Source: a virus (taxonomy: Duplodnaviria > Caudoviricetes). Taken from it: 64,000 nt of DNA. Positions within the stretch are counted from its first letter, which is position 1, and each line of letters opens with the position of its first letter. The position numbers were made by a program, and so were the translations under genes. The stretch is taken from positions 128,001 through 192,000 of the IMG/VR virus record IMGVR_UViG_3300024255_001563. The stretch is one strand, 5' to 3'. The notes under the pieces are model-generated. The model made no database searches. It saw only the letters and a list, made by a program, of their open reading frames with translations, and was not told the DNA's origin. Of this stretch, positions 41,154 to 50,064 are shown in pieces.

Positions 41154-41840
41154 ATGAAGTATTACTATTATTACAACGATGTTCCGGGAGAAGGCTTGTC
41201 TAGAAATAATCTAATCTATACAAGTTTAATGTCGGAAGATAACACTACATTTGTACAATGGTATCATAATGATACCACGTATCATGCTGGACAAAATCAA
41301 GTAATTGATCCTGCACTGATGCAAGAAAAATTTGAAAGAGAAATTAAGTATCTAACATTAATGTACAAAAAGTTTCCTCAACATGTTCCGGAAATAAAAG
41401 ATATTGACTACAACGAAAAGAAAATTTATTTACTTGTAGACGGAAAAGATTTTTGGAACAGAGCAAACTGTACAACAAAAAATTACGATAGCGTTTTACC
41501 TGACTGGCAAGAACAAATTAAAGAAATAGTATCGGCGCACAGAAGTTTAGGACTATGGAAATACAGTATGCATCCTAGTAGTTTCTTTGTAGTAGGCGAA
41601 AAATTAAAAAGTATTAATTACTTCTTTACATACGAAGCAAAAGAAAGTAATATAAGCATACGCGATGTAGAAAGTCATATTTACAGTACTCGTCAAGAAG
41701 AACTTAAAAAATATCTAACTCCATTAGGTATAGATTGGAATACCCCGCAGTCTTGGGAAATATTAAACACATTGTGTTGGGAAAGTTTTAGAACTAATTA
41801 TCCTAACAATTTTATTGAGGATGTTAAATGTATAAATTAG
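41154..41840 (+). CDS. Kinase-fold protein (228 aa), paralogue of the 35921 N-terminal domain
   Basis: 'FEREIKYLTLM...PEIKDIDY..KKIY...PDWQEQI..I...SMHPSSFF...LKSINYF'. Confidence 0.6.
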   Translation: MKYYYYYNDVPGEGLSRNNLIYTSLMSEDNTTFVQWYHNDTTYHAGQNQVIDPALMQEKFEREIKYLTLMYKKFPQHVPEIKDIDYNEKKIYLLVDGKDFWNRANCTTKNYDSVLPDWQEQIKEIVSAHRSLGLWKYSMHPSSFFVVGEKLKSINYFFTYEAKESNISIRDVESHIYSTRQEELKKYLTPLGIDWNTPQSWEILNTLCWESFRTNYPNNFIEDVKCIN

Positions 41841-42391
41841 TACCGTTCGATAAAACGCTTGACTTACAAGAGTTTTATAAAGAAGCACAAAAACGAGGCC
41901 ATTTAAACAACGCCAGTCAGCAAGCAATGGTTGATTGTTTTCGCAACGAAGAAAAATCTCAAGTATGGATATTATATAAAGACAATCGTGCAATCGGTAG
42001 TGTAGCAGCACACACTTTTCCAGAAATGGGACCTAATGCTTATAGAATACTAACACGCACTTGTGTGCTTGATGGTGTAATTCCAAACAACGGCAAAGGG
42101 CTAGGTACAGGACGTTGGTATATTCAACAGCACCAAAATACTACTTGTCAGTTTTATGTTCCAAAAATGATTGAGTGGTGCGGCATTGATAGTAAAATGT
42201 ATGCTACAAGTAATCAATTAGACGGCGGCAGTCAAAGGAAAGTACATAATATCTACTTTCCACTACTTGAAAAACAGGGTGAGTGGGAAAAGTATTCTAC
42301 TATAGAATACAGAGGGTGTACACAGCAAGTTTGGAAATTTAATCCAACTGTGTTTTTAGAAAATTTAAAAAGGTACCCTAAATGGCATTAA
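41828..42391 (+). CDS. GNAT-like acetyltransferase (187 aa)
   Basis: 'WILYKDNRAIGSVA...YRILTRTCVL' strand pattern and Gly-rich 'NGKGLGTG' acetyl-CoA loop. Confidence 0.5.
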   Translation: MYKLVPFDKTLDLQEFYKEAQKRGHLNNASQQAMVDCFRNEEKSQVWILYKDNRAIGSVAAHTFPEMGPNAYRILTRTCVLDGVIPNNGKGLGTGRWYIQQHQNTTCQFYVPKMIEWCGIDSKMYATSNQLDGGSQRKVHNIYFPLLEKQGEWEKYSTIEYRGCTQQVWKFNPTVFLENLKRYPKWH

Positions 42392-43824
42392 AATTCAAAA
42401 CATCTCATAACAAGAAAATTGCATGTTGTATTGTAGACAGGCACAACGAATTACCATCTACATGGGGAGTATCAATATCAAAAAATATTTCTGATTATAT
42501 GATACATAGATTTGCTTTGTTTGATTTTGATATCTATATTAGTACAGACGAAGACGATTTGTTGCGTACAGTATCTAAAAATGATTTTTATTCTCACGCA
42601 GTTGTTGTATCTACAGGTCTTTATTTTGGATTAAGTGATAGAATTTTTAATGCTATTGAAGAAAAATGTAAAGAAGATTTTTTTGTAGCAGGACATGTGT
42701 TACATAGAGGTTCCGAATCAGGGTTTTTTGCAAATAGTTATTATGAGTTACATCATCAGCTATATCTTATAAATTTAAAAGATTATAGAGATATCGGATG
42801 TCCGTCTGTAGGACAGCAATCTCTAGACGAAACCCATAAACAAATTGAGCCTATTCGAAGTAAGGAATACTTGTTTGATGATCACGAAGTTCCTGTGTGG
42901 ATAAAACCTGGATCAGTTGAAAAAGAATATAAAGTAAAATTACATGGTTATAATATTATAAGTAAAGGCTTAGAATATGATAAAAAATTTATTGATATAG
43001 GTAACAACATTAGAAATAATAAGCAATATTTCTATTATGAATGGGATCATGTATTTGTAAATCAACTACAGCAAGTTTATTATGATCACTTATTTGTAAA
43101 CAACTTCTTTGCCAGTTGGAATAGTGATCAGCATAAAACAAATTTTAATTTCGAAGGACCTGTTGAGCAATATGTTACAGTAGGTATAGGAGTATACTGG
43201 GTTACTAATTTATGCAATTTAGGAATAACAGAAAATACTAAAGTTATTTTTACTGATATAAACAATAATACATTAGACTTTATGAAAAAGTTAGTCGAAG
43301 AATGGGACGGAAATGATTATCATTTATTTTATAAAAATAATCTTCCTAGACTTCCTGCAGGGTTTGATAAAAACATTGACCAATATATTGATTACACAGA
43401 GCAAGAGTGGAATAAGTTTAAAGAACAATACCCAAATTGGTTAAAACTTTGGAACAAAGTTAAAAACTTAGAGTTTGATTATATTCTAATAGATTATATG
43501 GCAAAGTATGATTTAAACTGGCTCGATAATTCTAAAAAGACGTTTATAAATATAAGTGATGTATTCACACATAGTCCATATACACCTACACAAAGTTTTA
43601 AATATCGGGTAGGTTGCGAAAATAGATTAATTAAAAATCTTCAACAGTTTAATCCAGATATACATTTACACATGACATCGCGAGCAACTGACGGGTTTGA
43701 TGATTCGAAACGTATTATGAGCGGTCCTGTTAAGTCGTTTAGTTTGTCTAACATTAATGATCTATTGCAGCCAACTTGGCATTCAACTACAGACGAATGG
43801 CGTGTTCTTAGACCTCTTGTCTAA
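42382..43824 (+). CDS. Hypothetical protein (480 aa), possibly two-domain
   Basis: Intact ORF coupled to its neighbours. C-terminal half has Rossmann-like 'VIFTDIN'; no confident family. Confidence 0.55.
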   Translation: MALKFKTSHNKKIACCIVDRHNELPSTWGVSISKNISDYMIHRFALFDFDIYISTDEDDLLRTVSKNDFYSHAVVVSTGLYFGLSDRIFNAIEEKCKEDFFVAGHVLHRGSESGFFANSYYELHHQLYLINLKDYRDIGCPSVGQQSLDETHKQIEPIRSKEYLFDDHEVPVWIKPGSVEKEYKVKLHGYNIISKGLEYDKKFIDIGNNIRNNKQYFYYEWDHVFVNQLQQVYYDHLFVNNFFASWNSDQHKTNFNFEGPVEQYVTVGIGVYWVTNLCNLGITENTKVIFTDINNNTLDFMKKLVEEWDGNDYHLFYKNNLPRLPAGFDKNIDQYIDYTEQEWNKFKEQYPNWLKLWNKVKNLEFDYILIDYMAKYDLNWLDNSKKTFINISDVFTHSPYTPTQSFKYRVGCENRLIKNLQQFNPDIHLHMTSRATDGFDDSKRIMSGPVKSFSLSNINDLLQPTWHSTTDEWRVLRPLV

Positions 43825-44477
43825 ACTCTTATTTCGTGAGTTTCGTAATGTCCTGTGGTTCCTGTTAATAATGCAGCAGTGTTAATAGCTTCTTTCCATT
43901 CATTAGTACTGTCGTGTCTAGCAACAATTAAATGATATCTATCTTCGTCGCTATGATTATATACAGCATGTTCGTAACTAATGTTCATTGCATAGACTCC
44001 ACCAGGCTCCATATAAAAAGTTTGCCCATCTCCCCAATGCCATAAACATTCCTTTGGATTATTTAACGGTATATTAATATTTTCTAATATTTTGTAATTA
44101 GTATCGCTGTGTAATCCAATGAACCCACCAGCTTCGACAAGCATAAGTCTTACTCTGCCAAATCTATTACTAGGAAATTTATTCTGTAGCCAATTAATAA
44201 TTGTCGGACATTCTGTAGCCGCCTTTGTCCAAACAAAATCTTTTGCGGCTTCGACAGCATTAGTATAACCGTAATCTTGCCAACTTTCGTGACGGTCTTC
44301 TGATAATCCGTACAGTGCTAAACTTTTCCAACCTGCATGAGTTTCGTCATCTCTATGGCTAGTAAACCTATTCTTAAGAGCAACAGCTTCTTTATGCATT
44401 TTCTCGTACGGAACAGGTATATCTAGTTTCAAATATTTTGCTTCTGAAAAATAATAATCTTTATATAAATGTTGCAT
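43821..44477 (-). CDS. 2OG-Fe(II) oxygenase, Asp/Asn beta-hydroxylase-like
   Basis: 'RVRLMLVEAGGFIGLHSD...NIPL...YEHAVYN...DRYHLIV'. Start trimmed to 44477. Confidence 0.8.
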   Translation of the reverse strand: MQHLYKDYYFSEAKYLKLDIPVPYEKMHKEAVALKNRFTSHRDDETHAGWKSLALYGLSEDRHESWQDYGYTNAVEAAKDFVWTKAATECPTIINWLQNKFPSNRFGRVRLMLVEAGGFIGLHSDTNYKILENINIPLNNPKECLWHWGDGQTFYMEPGGVYAMNISYEHAVYNHSDEDRYHLIVARHDSTNEWKEAINTAALLTGTTGHYETHEIRV

Positions 44478-45540
44478 CTGGTAACTTAAAGTTGTTAATC
44501 TCAGCAGTTCGAACAAAATCTGTAATTTCTTCAACATATTTTTGTGCATATTCTTTTTGAAAATAAGGTTGATATGCGCAGTCCTGTAACGTTGAATAGT
44601 CATGTTGTACTCGATGACATAGACGATCTTTAATGTCGCCTAGTCGTCTGTGTAGTGTAATAGAGTTATCAAACAGTAAAAAGTCACCGTCGTTTTTATA
44701 CCAGTGATCGTATTGATATTTCTCTACAAACAGACCTTTATTAATTTCGTCAAATACTTTATTGCTATCTTCTTTGCTCAGTCCTTTAATTCTATGCACA
44801 GTATTAATTGAATAATGTAATCCTTTAATGCCACCGGGACTTTGAATAACCATCGGTATTTCAACATCGTCTTCTGGACACATATTAGCATGCATAACTT
44901 CGTCTTGTTCCATCCGTAGTCCAGGATTAATTTTCCCCGGTGTAAATCTATGCATAAGAATCATTTCGTCTAGTTCGCTTCTAAAACTTTCAGAAACATT
45001 TTCATAATAGTCAGTAGTAGTTAAGAACCCAGTAGAACTGCCTACAGTATTTTCGCTTGCAAGTAACGCAACACCAGGAGTAAAGGTAAGTGTACCACTT
45101 TCGTTTGAATGCCAAAGCAGCTCGCCTTCTGCAAACATGCCTAAAGGATTTCCGTTTTCGTCACGCTTACCAGTAACCCGCATTACATTTTTCCCGTCAA
45201 CGCTTGTTTCTTGCATACGTGCAATATTAGTTAAACGTACTTTATCAATATCGTCAACTGACGAATCATTAGCAAAAGCCATTCTAATAACTTGACTAAA
45301 TGTTTTACCTGGATATTTTTTAAGGATGTTATAGCGAATGTTATAACGTGTGTCGCCCCACTTAGTACACCAGTCGGACTGATCTTCCCACTTTAAGTTA
45401 CAATCTCTAATGATAGTAACAAGATTTTGCATATGAATTTTTCCAATTTCGAGCCATTCTTCATCTGTTAAATTCTCAAAATTAACGCCGTCAATGAACA
45501 CTCCGTAGTTTCCAAGGCCTGGAATTTTTGATATTTTCAT
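44461..45540 (-). CDS. TauD/TfdA-family dioxygenase-like protein
   Basis: 'LLWHSNE', 'GSSTGFLTT', 'HWYKNDGDFLLFDNSITLHRR'; RBS GGAG before ATG 45540. Confidence 0.8.
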   Translation of the reverse strand: MKISKIPGLGNYGVFIDGVNFENLTDEEWLEIGKIHMQNLVTIIRDCNLKWEDQSDWCTKWGDTRYNIRYNILKKYPGKTFSQVIRMAFANDSSVDDIDKVRLTNIARMQETSVDGKNVMRVTGKRDENGNPLGMFAEGELLWHSNESGTLTFTPGVALLASENTVGSSTGFLTTTDYYENVSESFRSELDEMILMHRFTPGKINPGLRMEQDEVMHANMCPEDDVEIPMVIQSPGGIKGLHYSINTVHRIKGLSKEDSNKVFDEINKGLFVEKYQYDHWYKNDGDFLLFDNSITLHRRLGDIKDRLCHRVQHDYSTLQDCAYQPYFQKEYAQKYVEEITDFVRTAEINNFKLPDATFI

Positions 45541-45571
45541 TTTATCTCCATTCATTATAAGTCATTCTATA

Positions 45572-45589
45572 TATTTATTAAGGTAAATA
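45572..45589. promoter_or_regulatory. Back-to-back late-type promoters (ATAAATA on -, GTAAATA on +)
   Basis: TATTTAT at 45572-45578 and GTAAATA at 45583-45589, in the divergent gap between the TauD and desaturase genes. Confidence 0.5.
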
Positions 45590-45594
45590 TTTGT

Positions 45595-46461
45595 ATGGAC
45601 AATCTTGAAATTTATCAACGTAACAAATATCAAATTGCATATAGACTTTTACTTGTATTCGGTATGATAGGTGCTGGAGCATTCGTTTTTTATAGCATAC
45701 TTTTAGATTTTTCTAACCAATGGTATTGGTTAATTATTGCGTTAGTTTATGCAATAACTGTAGAAGAAACTTTTGCACATAGAATATGTGCTCATAATGT
45801 TTTTAAAATAAACACTAAATCTTGGACATATAAAACTTTAACATGGTTGAATAGTGTAAATCAGTCACACGGGCCTGTAAGATATCTCTGTATGTGGCAC
45901 CCTGCACATCATATGTATTCTGATCAAGGGAAAGCAGATAATGTAAACTGGAAAGAATTCTGGTACGGTTCTGCAAGTACATTACCTTTAGAATTTTTAT
46001 GTGACTTCCAAATACCTAAGCCAGAAAAAGTTATTGATAACGGATACAGACAGTGCTCTAATATTATCGATGATCCTTTTACAAGATTTTGCGAAAAGTA
46101 TTCTTTAATAATTAGTACATGCACTATAGCAGTTCTTATTTTAGTTGCACCTATAATATTATTTAACGTAATATTTTTAGGAAGATTTATTATGATGTTA
46201 GGAATGATGGCAGCTGGAATAGCACATTTAAAAGACTTTCCTTTAACTTACCGCTTAAAAGATACCAATGACGATTCTAACAACAATTTAATATTACATT
46301 ATTTGTTCTTAGGAGTGTTCAGTGGCTTACTACAAAATAATCATCACAGTTCGCCTAAAGCAATAAATTTAGGTTTTAAATGGTGGGAAGTTGACACTAG
46401 CGCACCAATAGCATATATCCTTAAATTTTTAATGGAAGACCGACAACCTTCAAACGCATAA
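45595..46461 (+). CDS. Membrane fatty-acid desaturase (delta-9-like) (288 aa)
   Basis: His boxes 'HRICAH', 'HPAHH', 'QNNHH' plus 'WWEVD'; hydrophobic segments. Confidence 0.85.
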   Translation: MDNLEIYQRNKYQIAYRLLLVFGMIGAGAFVFYSILLDFSNQWYWLIIALVYAITVEETFAHRICAHNVFKINTKSWTYKTLTWLNSVNQSHGPVRYLCMWHPAHHMYSDQGKADNVNWKEFWYGSASTLPLEFLCDFQIPKPEKVIDNGYRQCSNIIDDPFTRFCEKYSLIISTCTIAVLILVAPIILFNVIFLGRFIMMLGMMAAGIAHLKDFPLTYRLKDTNDDSNNNLILHYLFLGVFSGLLQNNHHSSPKAINLGFKWWEVDTSAPIAYILKFLMEDRQPSNA

Positions 46462-46464
46462 ATA
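46457..46464 (+). promoter_or_regulatory. T4-like late promoter (CATAAATA)
   Basis: Upstream of 46489, with RBS GGAG. Confidence 0.55.
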
Positions 46465-46488
46465 CAATATAAAATTTGGAGTACTCAT

Positions 46489-47412
46489 ATGAAACTTTTA
46501 GACACTATTAAAAAACTAATTTATCTTGCACCATGCAGATGCGGCAGAACTTATTATCATTGTAATATTCAACCTTCAGCTGATAATATAAAATTAACAT
46601 TTACACCAACTAACAAATATCTTTTTATTGATCCTAGAAGAGAAGATGAAGAATTTATGCCTGAAAGATTTCATGCATTTGAAAAGGCAGAACATATTGG
46701 TATTGCTATAGGTCAAATAGAATTTTTCTTAAAAAGCAAAGGAATCGAGTACAGTGTCGACGGAGATTCAGTTGTTGAGTTAGTAATTAATAGTGCTAAT
46801 ATAGATTCAAATGACGATCTAAGCGTATATGCAACACACAAACATGCACATCGAAGCTTTGACATGGATCAAAAAGTTGATGCTAATACACTAGATGTTC
46901 TTGAAAACAAGATTGATACATTCCTTAGTTCTTATAACGGACATAAAATACTTGTAGACGATCCTGCTGTTGTTAAAAAATTAAGAGCGTTAGCAGTATA
47001 TTGGGAGTCTTCGGGCGATATGTGCGACGGTGCACCACAAATGAAAGCTCCACTAATACTAAGTGTTCCTCCAAAAGAATACGATTTAATACATTATTTA
47101 CATATGGGTAGATTATATGCTGATATTGCTCTTACAGCAATTAGTGCAGGTTACCAATTTGCATACAGCAATACATTTAATTATCCTGATCCAAGAGTAA
47201 AAAGAGTACAAGAACATTTATTTCTCGACTACGATGCATACACAGTCGATACAGTTGTACCTAGATCTTTCATGTGTATAGGCAAAGCATTAGATCCTAA
47301 TAAGCCATATAACTGGGTAGCAGAAGAAAACATATATAACGACGACATTCAACCTAGTTGCATACTTGTAACTAAAGAATTTGTACAAGTTAAGGAACTT
47401 GAGGTTGTTTGA
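46489..47412 (+). CDS. Nitroreductase-like protein (307 aa)
   Basis: C-terminal half 'HAHRSFD...APLIL...MGRLYADIALTAISAGY' follows the nitroreductase fold pattern; N-terminal 'YLAP'. Confidence 0.45.
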   Translation: MKLLDTIKKLIYLAPCRCGRTYYHCNIQPSADNIKLTFTPTNKYLFIDPRREDEEFMPERFHAFEKAEHIGIAIGQIEFFLKSKGIEYSVDGDSVVELVINSANIDSNDDLSVYATHKHAHRSFDMDQKVDANTLDVLENKIDTFLSSYNGHKILVDDPAVVKKLRALAVYWESSGDMCDGAPQMKAPLILSVPPKEYDLIHYLHMGRLYADIALTAISAGYQFAYSNTFNYPDPRVKRVQEHLFLDYDAYTVDTVVPRSFMCIGKALDPNKPYNWVAEENIYNDDIQPSCILVTKEFVQVKELEVV

Positions 47413-47737
47413 AGTAAAAGTTAAATTTCAACGGAACTCTACTGATCAACGTTGGTGGCACAGTGACGAAGATATTTTTGATTACATCCAAGAAGAATAT
47501 GTTGACACAGGAAAAATTTTAGAGCAATCGATTATAATATCAGAAGATATGTATAAAAAGGAACATACTATTGTTTTTGATTGCGAAGAGTCTTTTAACG
47601 AATGGCTTACTGACGAAGTCTTAGTGTACGAAAGACAACGTATGCGCAGATATCATAATATAAGTAGGATAGCACATTCTATAAACGCTTATGATGTAAA
47701 AGTTACGAAAGACTTGTATTCAGTATACGAGCATTAA
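47405..47737 (+). CDS. Hypothetical protein (~110 aa)
   Basis: TTG 47405 with upstream AAGGAA; intact ORF. Confidence 0.55.
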   Translation: MFEVKVKFQRNSTDQRWWHSDEDIFDYIQEEYVDTGKILEQSIIISEDMYKKEHTIVFDCEESFNEWLTDEVLVYERQRMRRYHNISRIAHSINAYDVKVTKDLYSVYEH

Positions 47738-47743
47738 TATACA

Positions 47744-48286
47744 TTATTTTTTAGCAAGCCAATACTTTTTTAATTCTTCTGAAGTATTATCTATGTATAG
47801 ATACGGAATTTCAACTTTACTTTCTATAAGCCACTTAATAGTAGTTACTACATCTACAGGGTCTAAGCGCATATAATCTTTATTTGTACTTTTTAAACCT
47901 CCCACAGTTATGTGTGTAGTTTTTAAAGTTTCTGAATTTAATAGTAAACTTAAATCTTTAAGTTCTTTTTTAATCTTGGCCGCCGGCGGATCAATCCAAC
48001 TCCATTGGTCAAATTCTAATATACTTCCGATATTAAAAATTTTTCCCTTACTAAGTTTGTTTGCAGCAATCTTTAGTAGTGTAAGTTGTCCGTCTGGTAT
48101 TAACTGTGAATGATTTATAAACACATCAAACGTGTGAATAATGGAAGAAAATTTTTCTAAGCCTTCAGGTGATAATAAATCATAACCTGAAGATCTAGAA
48201 ATAAACTTTGTGTTTGGATAAACTTCTTTAAATTCTTTTGCTATACCGTTATCATTAGGATTGCCGGTACACAGTATCCTAAGCAT
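47744..48286 (-). CDS. Atypical short-chain dehydrogenase/reductase-like protein (180 aa)
   Basis: 'ILCTGNPNDNGIA', 'SRSSGYDL', 'DVFINHS', 'IFNIGS'; lacks the YxxxK Tyr. Confidence 0.6.
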   Translation of the reverse strand: MLRILCTGNPNDNGIAKEFKEVYPNTKFISRSSGYDLLSPEGLEKFSSIIHTFDVFINHSQLIPDGQLTLLKIAANKLSKGKIFNIGSILEFDQWSWIDPPAAKIKKELKDLSLLLNSETLKTTHITVGGLKSTNKDYMRLDPVDVVTTIKWLIESKVEIPYLYIDNTSEELKKYWLAKK

Positions 48287-48289
48287 CTA

Positions 48290-49696
48290 TTAGCCTAGTA
48301 CTACCCAGCTTGTTCCGTTCCACCCTTTAAATTCGTTTGTAGTGCTATCAAACACAATCGAACCTGGACCTACATCGGCACCGGTTGGAATATCTCCTGT
48401 AGCGTAAGAACCTGATTTTAGCACCGGAGCAGTAAAAGTTCCTAGCCCGCCGTCCATTATAAACTGTGTTGGAAATGTACTGTTATTGCTACCTACAAAA
48501 TATGTTAGTGAAGCGCCTGGAAAGCCTTCGTTAAAATCAGCATCTGATTTCCATGCTGCCAATGCGTTAACAGCATTAACATATCCAGTAGTTCTATAAC
48601 CGTCAATAGCAAAGCCGCCTAGAACATCGCCAGCAGTTGTATCTGCTTTATTATCTAAATCAGTTCCCTTATATGCTCTAAAAGGAACAACAGAAAGACG
48701 ATTAAAAGTACCATCTGTTATGCCTTCAAACGTGATGCGTTCTTGTTCTGTGTCATTAAAAGCAAGTCTAGTAGTATTATCACTAAATCCAGTACCATCT
48801 CTAGAAGTTATTTCATTTATTCTTGCCAAATTAGCAGTAACATTTTGATTAATACCGTCAATTATTACACTACTGTCATCACTAAACACACTACCAGTAA
48901 GATCGCCAGTAACTTGGCCTCTAACATTTCCGAGTAAGTCGCCTTCTATGTTACCAACAAATCCAGTAAATGATTCAATTCTGTTAGCACTAATATCTTG
49001 TCTTGGAATGAGATTGTCCTGGCCAATTGCGACACCGTCTATTGAACCACCTGTAATCGTTACAGTTCCGATTGTAGCAGTACCAAGATTTGATACACCT
49101 AAAGATGTAATGTTGCCGGTTACATTACCGGTTACATTGCCAGTTAAAGCACCAGTTATATCAGTAGCATTAACAGTTCCTACAGTCAGCACATTGGATA
49201 AGTTATTATAAATTACAGTACTATCACTTCCGATAATATTAGTAACTGCAATACTGTCTGCAGATAGTTGTCCAGTTATTTCTGCACCTTCTGCGTGTAA
49301 TGTATTCCATCTACGTAACCCTGTACCTAAGTCATAACCGCCGTCGATAGCAGGTTTAAGAGACGAATTAATTACACCGTTAACATTAATAATGTCTGAT
49401 GCATCGTCGCCTAAGCCAATATTTCCAGTTGCATTTATTGTGCCGTCAATATTAATATTGCCGATGCCTGTAATATTATTATTATTGAGATCTAAGTCTC
49501 CACCTAGTTGCGGAGTAGTATCTCCTACTAGTTCAGTAAATTGATCTGCTGCTGTAGGTCCTACTAAGACCCCTCCTGCTGTAGAACCATCTCCAACGTA
49601 TAATTTTTTGGTATCGGTAGCATATACTAACTCGCCCTGAAGCGGAGTTATTATTTGTCTTTCTGCATCTGTACCACGTCTTAATCGTAAAGCCAT
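48290..49696 (-). CDS. Tail fibre/receptor-binding-like protein with Mtd_N-like N-terminus (468 aa)
   Basis: 'MALRLRRGT...GELVYATDTKKLYVGDG' N-terminus; 'PQLGGDLDLN'; 'TGNVTGNVTGN' repeats; C-terminal 'IVFDSTTNEFKGWNGTSWV'. Confidence 0.75.
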   Translation of the reverse strand: MALRLRRGTDAERQIITPLQGELVYATDTKKLYVGDGSTAGGVLVGPTAADQFTELVGDTTPQLGGDLDLNNNNITGIGNINIDGTINATGNIGLGDDASDIINVNGVINSSLKPAIDGGYDLGTGLRRWNTLHAEGAEITGQLSADSIAVTNIIGSDSTVIYNNLSNVLTVGTVNATDITGALTGNVTGNVTGNITSLGVSNLGTATIGTVTITGGSIDGVAIGQDNLIPRQDISANRIESFTGFVGNIEGDLLGNVRGQVTGDLTGSVFSDDSSVIIDGINQNVTANLARINEITSRDGTGFSDNTTRLAFNDTEQERITFEGITDGTFNRLSVVPFRAYKGTDLDNKADTTAGDVLGGFAIDGYRTTGYVNAVNALAAWKSDADFNEGFPGASLTYFVGSNNSTFPTQFIMDGGLGTFTAPVLKSGSYATGDIPTGADVGPGSIVFDSTTNEFKGWNGTSWVVLG

Positions 49697-49727
49697 GTAT
49701 GAAAACTCCTAGAATAACTGTTATATG

Positions 49728-49735
49728 TATTTATG
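49728..49735 (-). promoter_or_regulatory. T4-like late promoter (CATAAATA)
   Basis: Upstream of 49696, with RBS AGGAG. Confidence 0.6.
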
Positions 49736-49743
49736 TCTATCTA

Positions 49744-50064
49744 TTACTTTCTTTTCTTTAAGAAGTATTTTGTTCTTTTAGTAATATCTTCTTTAAGTTT
49801 AACAGTGTTTAGTCTAAAATCAACATTTATAATGTAGTCATCGTACTCTTCAAATAAAGCTTCTAACGTGTCTTCTAAAGAGTCGGCACCGTTCTTTTCC
49901 ATTGACTTTTCTAAGTCAATGTCCCAAACTTTTCCGTCTTCAAAGTAAACACGTATAGAATCTAAATACTCTAACGGCACAACTTTAACATCGAGATCGC
50001 CGAATATTTCAGGCCAATGTTCTACAACTTCCGGCGGTAACTGATTATCAGATTTTTTACCCAC
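49744..50064 (-). CDS. Hypothetical protein (106 aa)
   Basis: Intact ORF overlapping the upstream gene by 8 nt. Confidence 0.65.
   Translation of the reverse strand: MGKKSDNQLPPEVVEHWPEIFGDLDVKVVPLEYLDSIRVYFEDGKVWDIDLEKSMEKNGADSLEDTLEALFEEYDDYIINVDFRLNTVKLKEDITKRTKYFLKKRK

Noticed and set aside
48290-49696. Diversity-generating retroelement target (Mtd-like)
   Set aside because: Only the N-terminal anchor is Mtd-like; no reverse transcriptase or TR/VR repeat pair was seen in the window.
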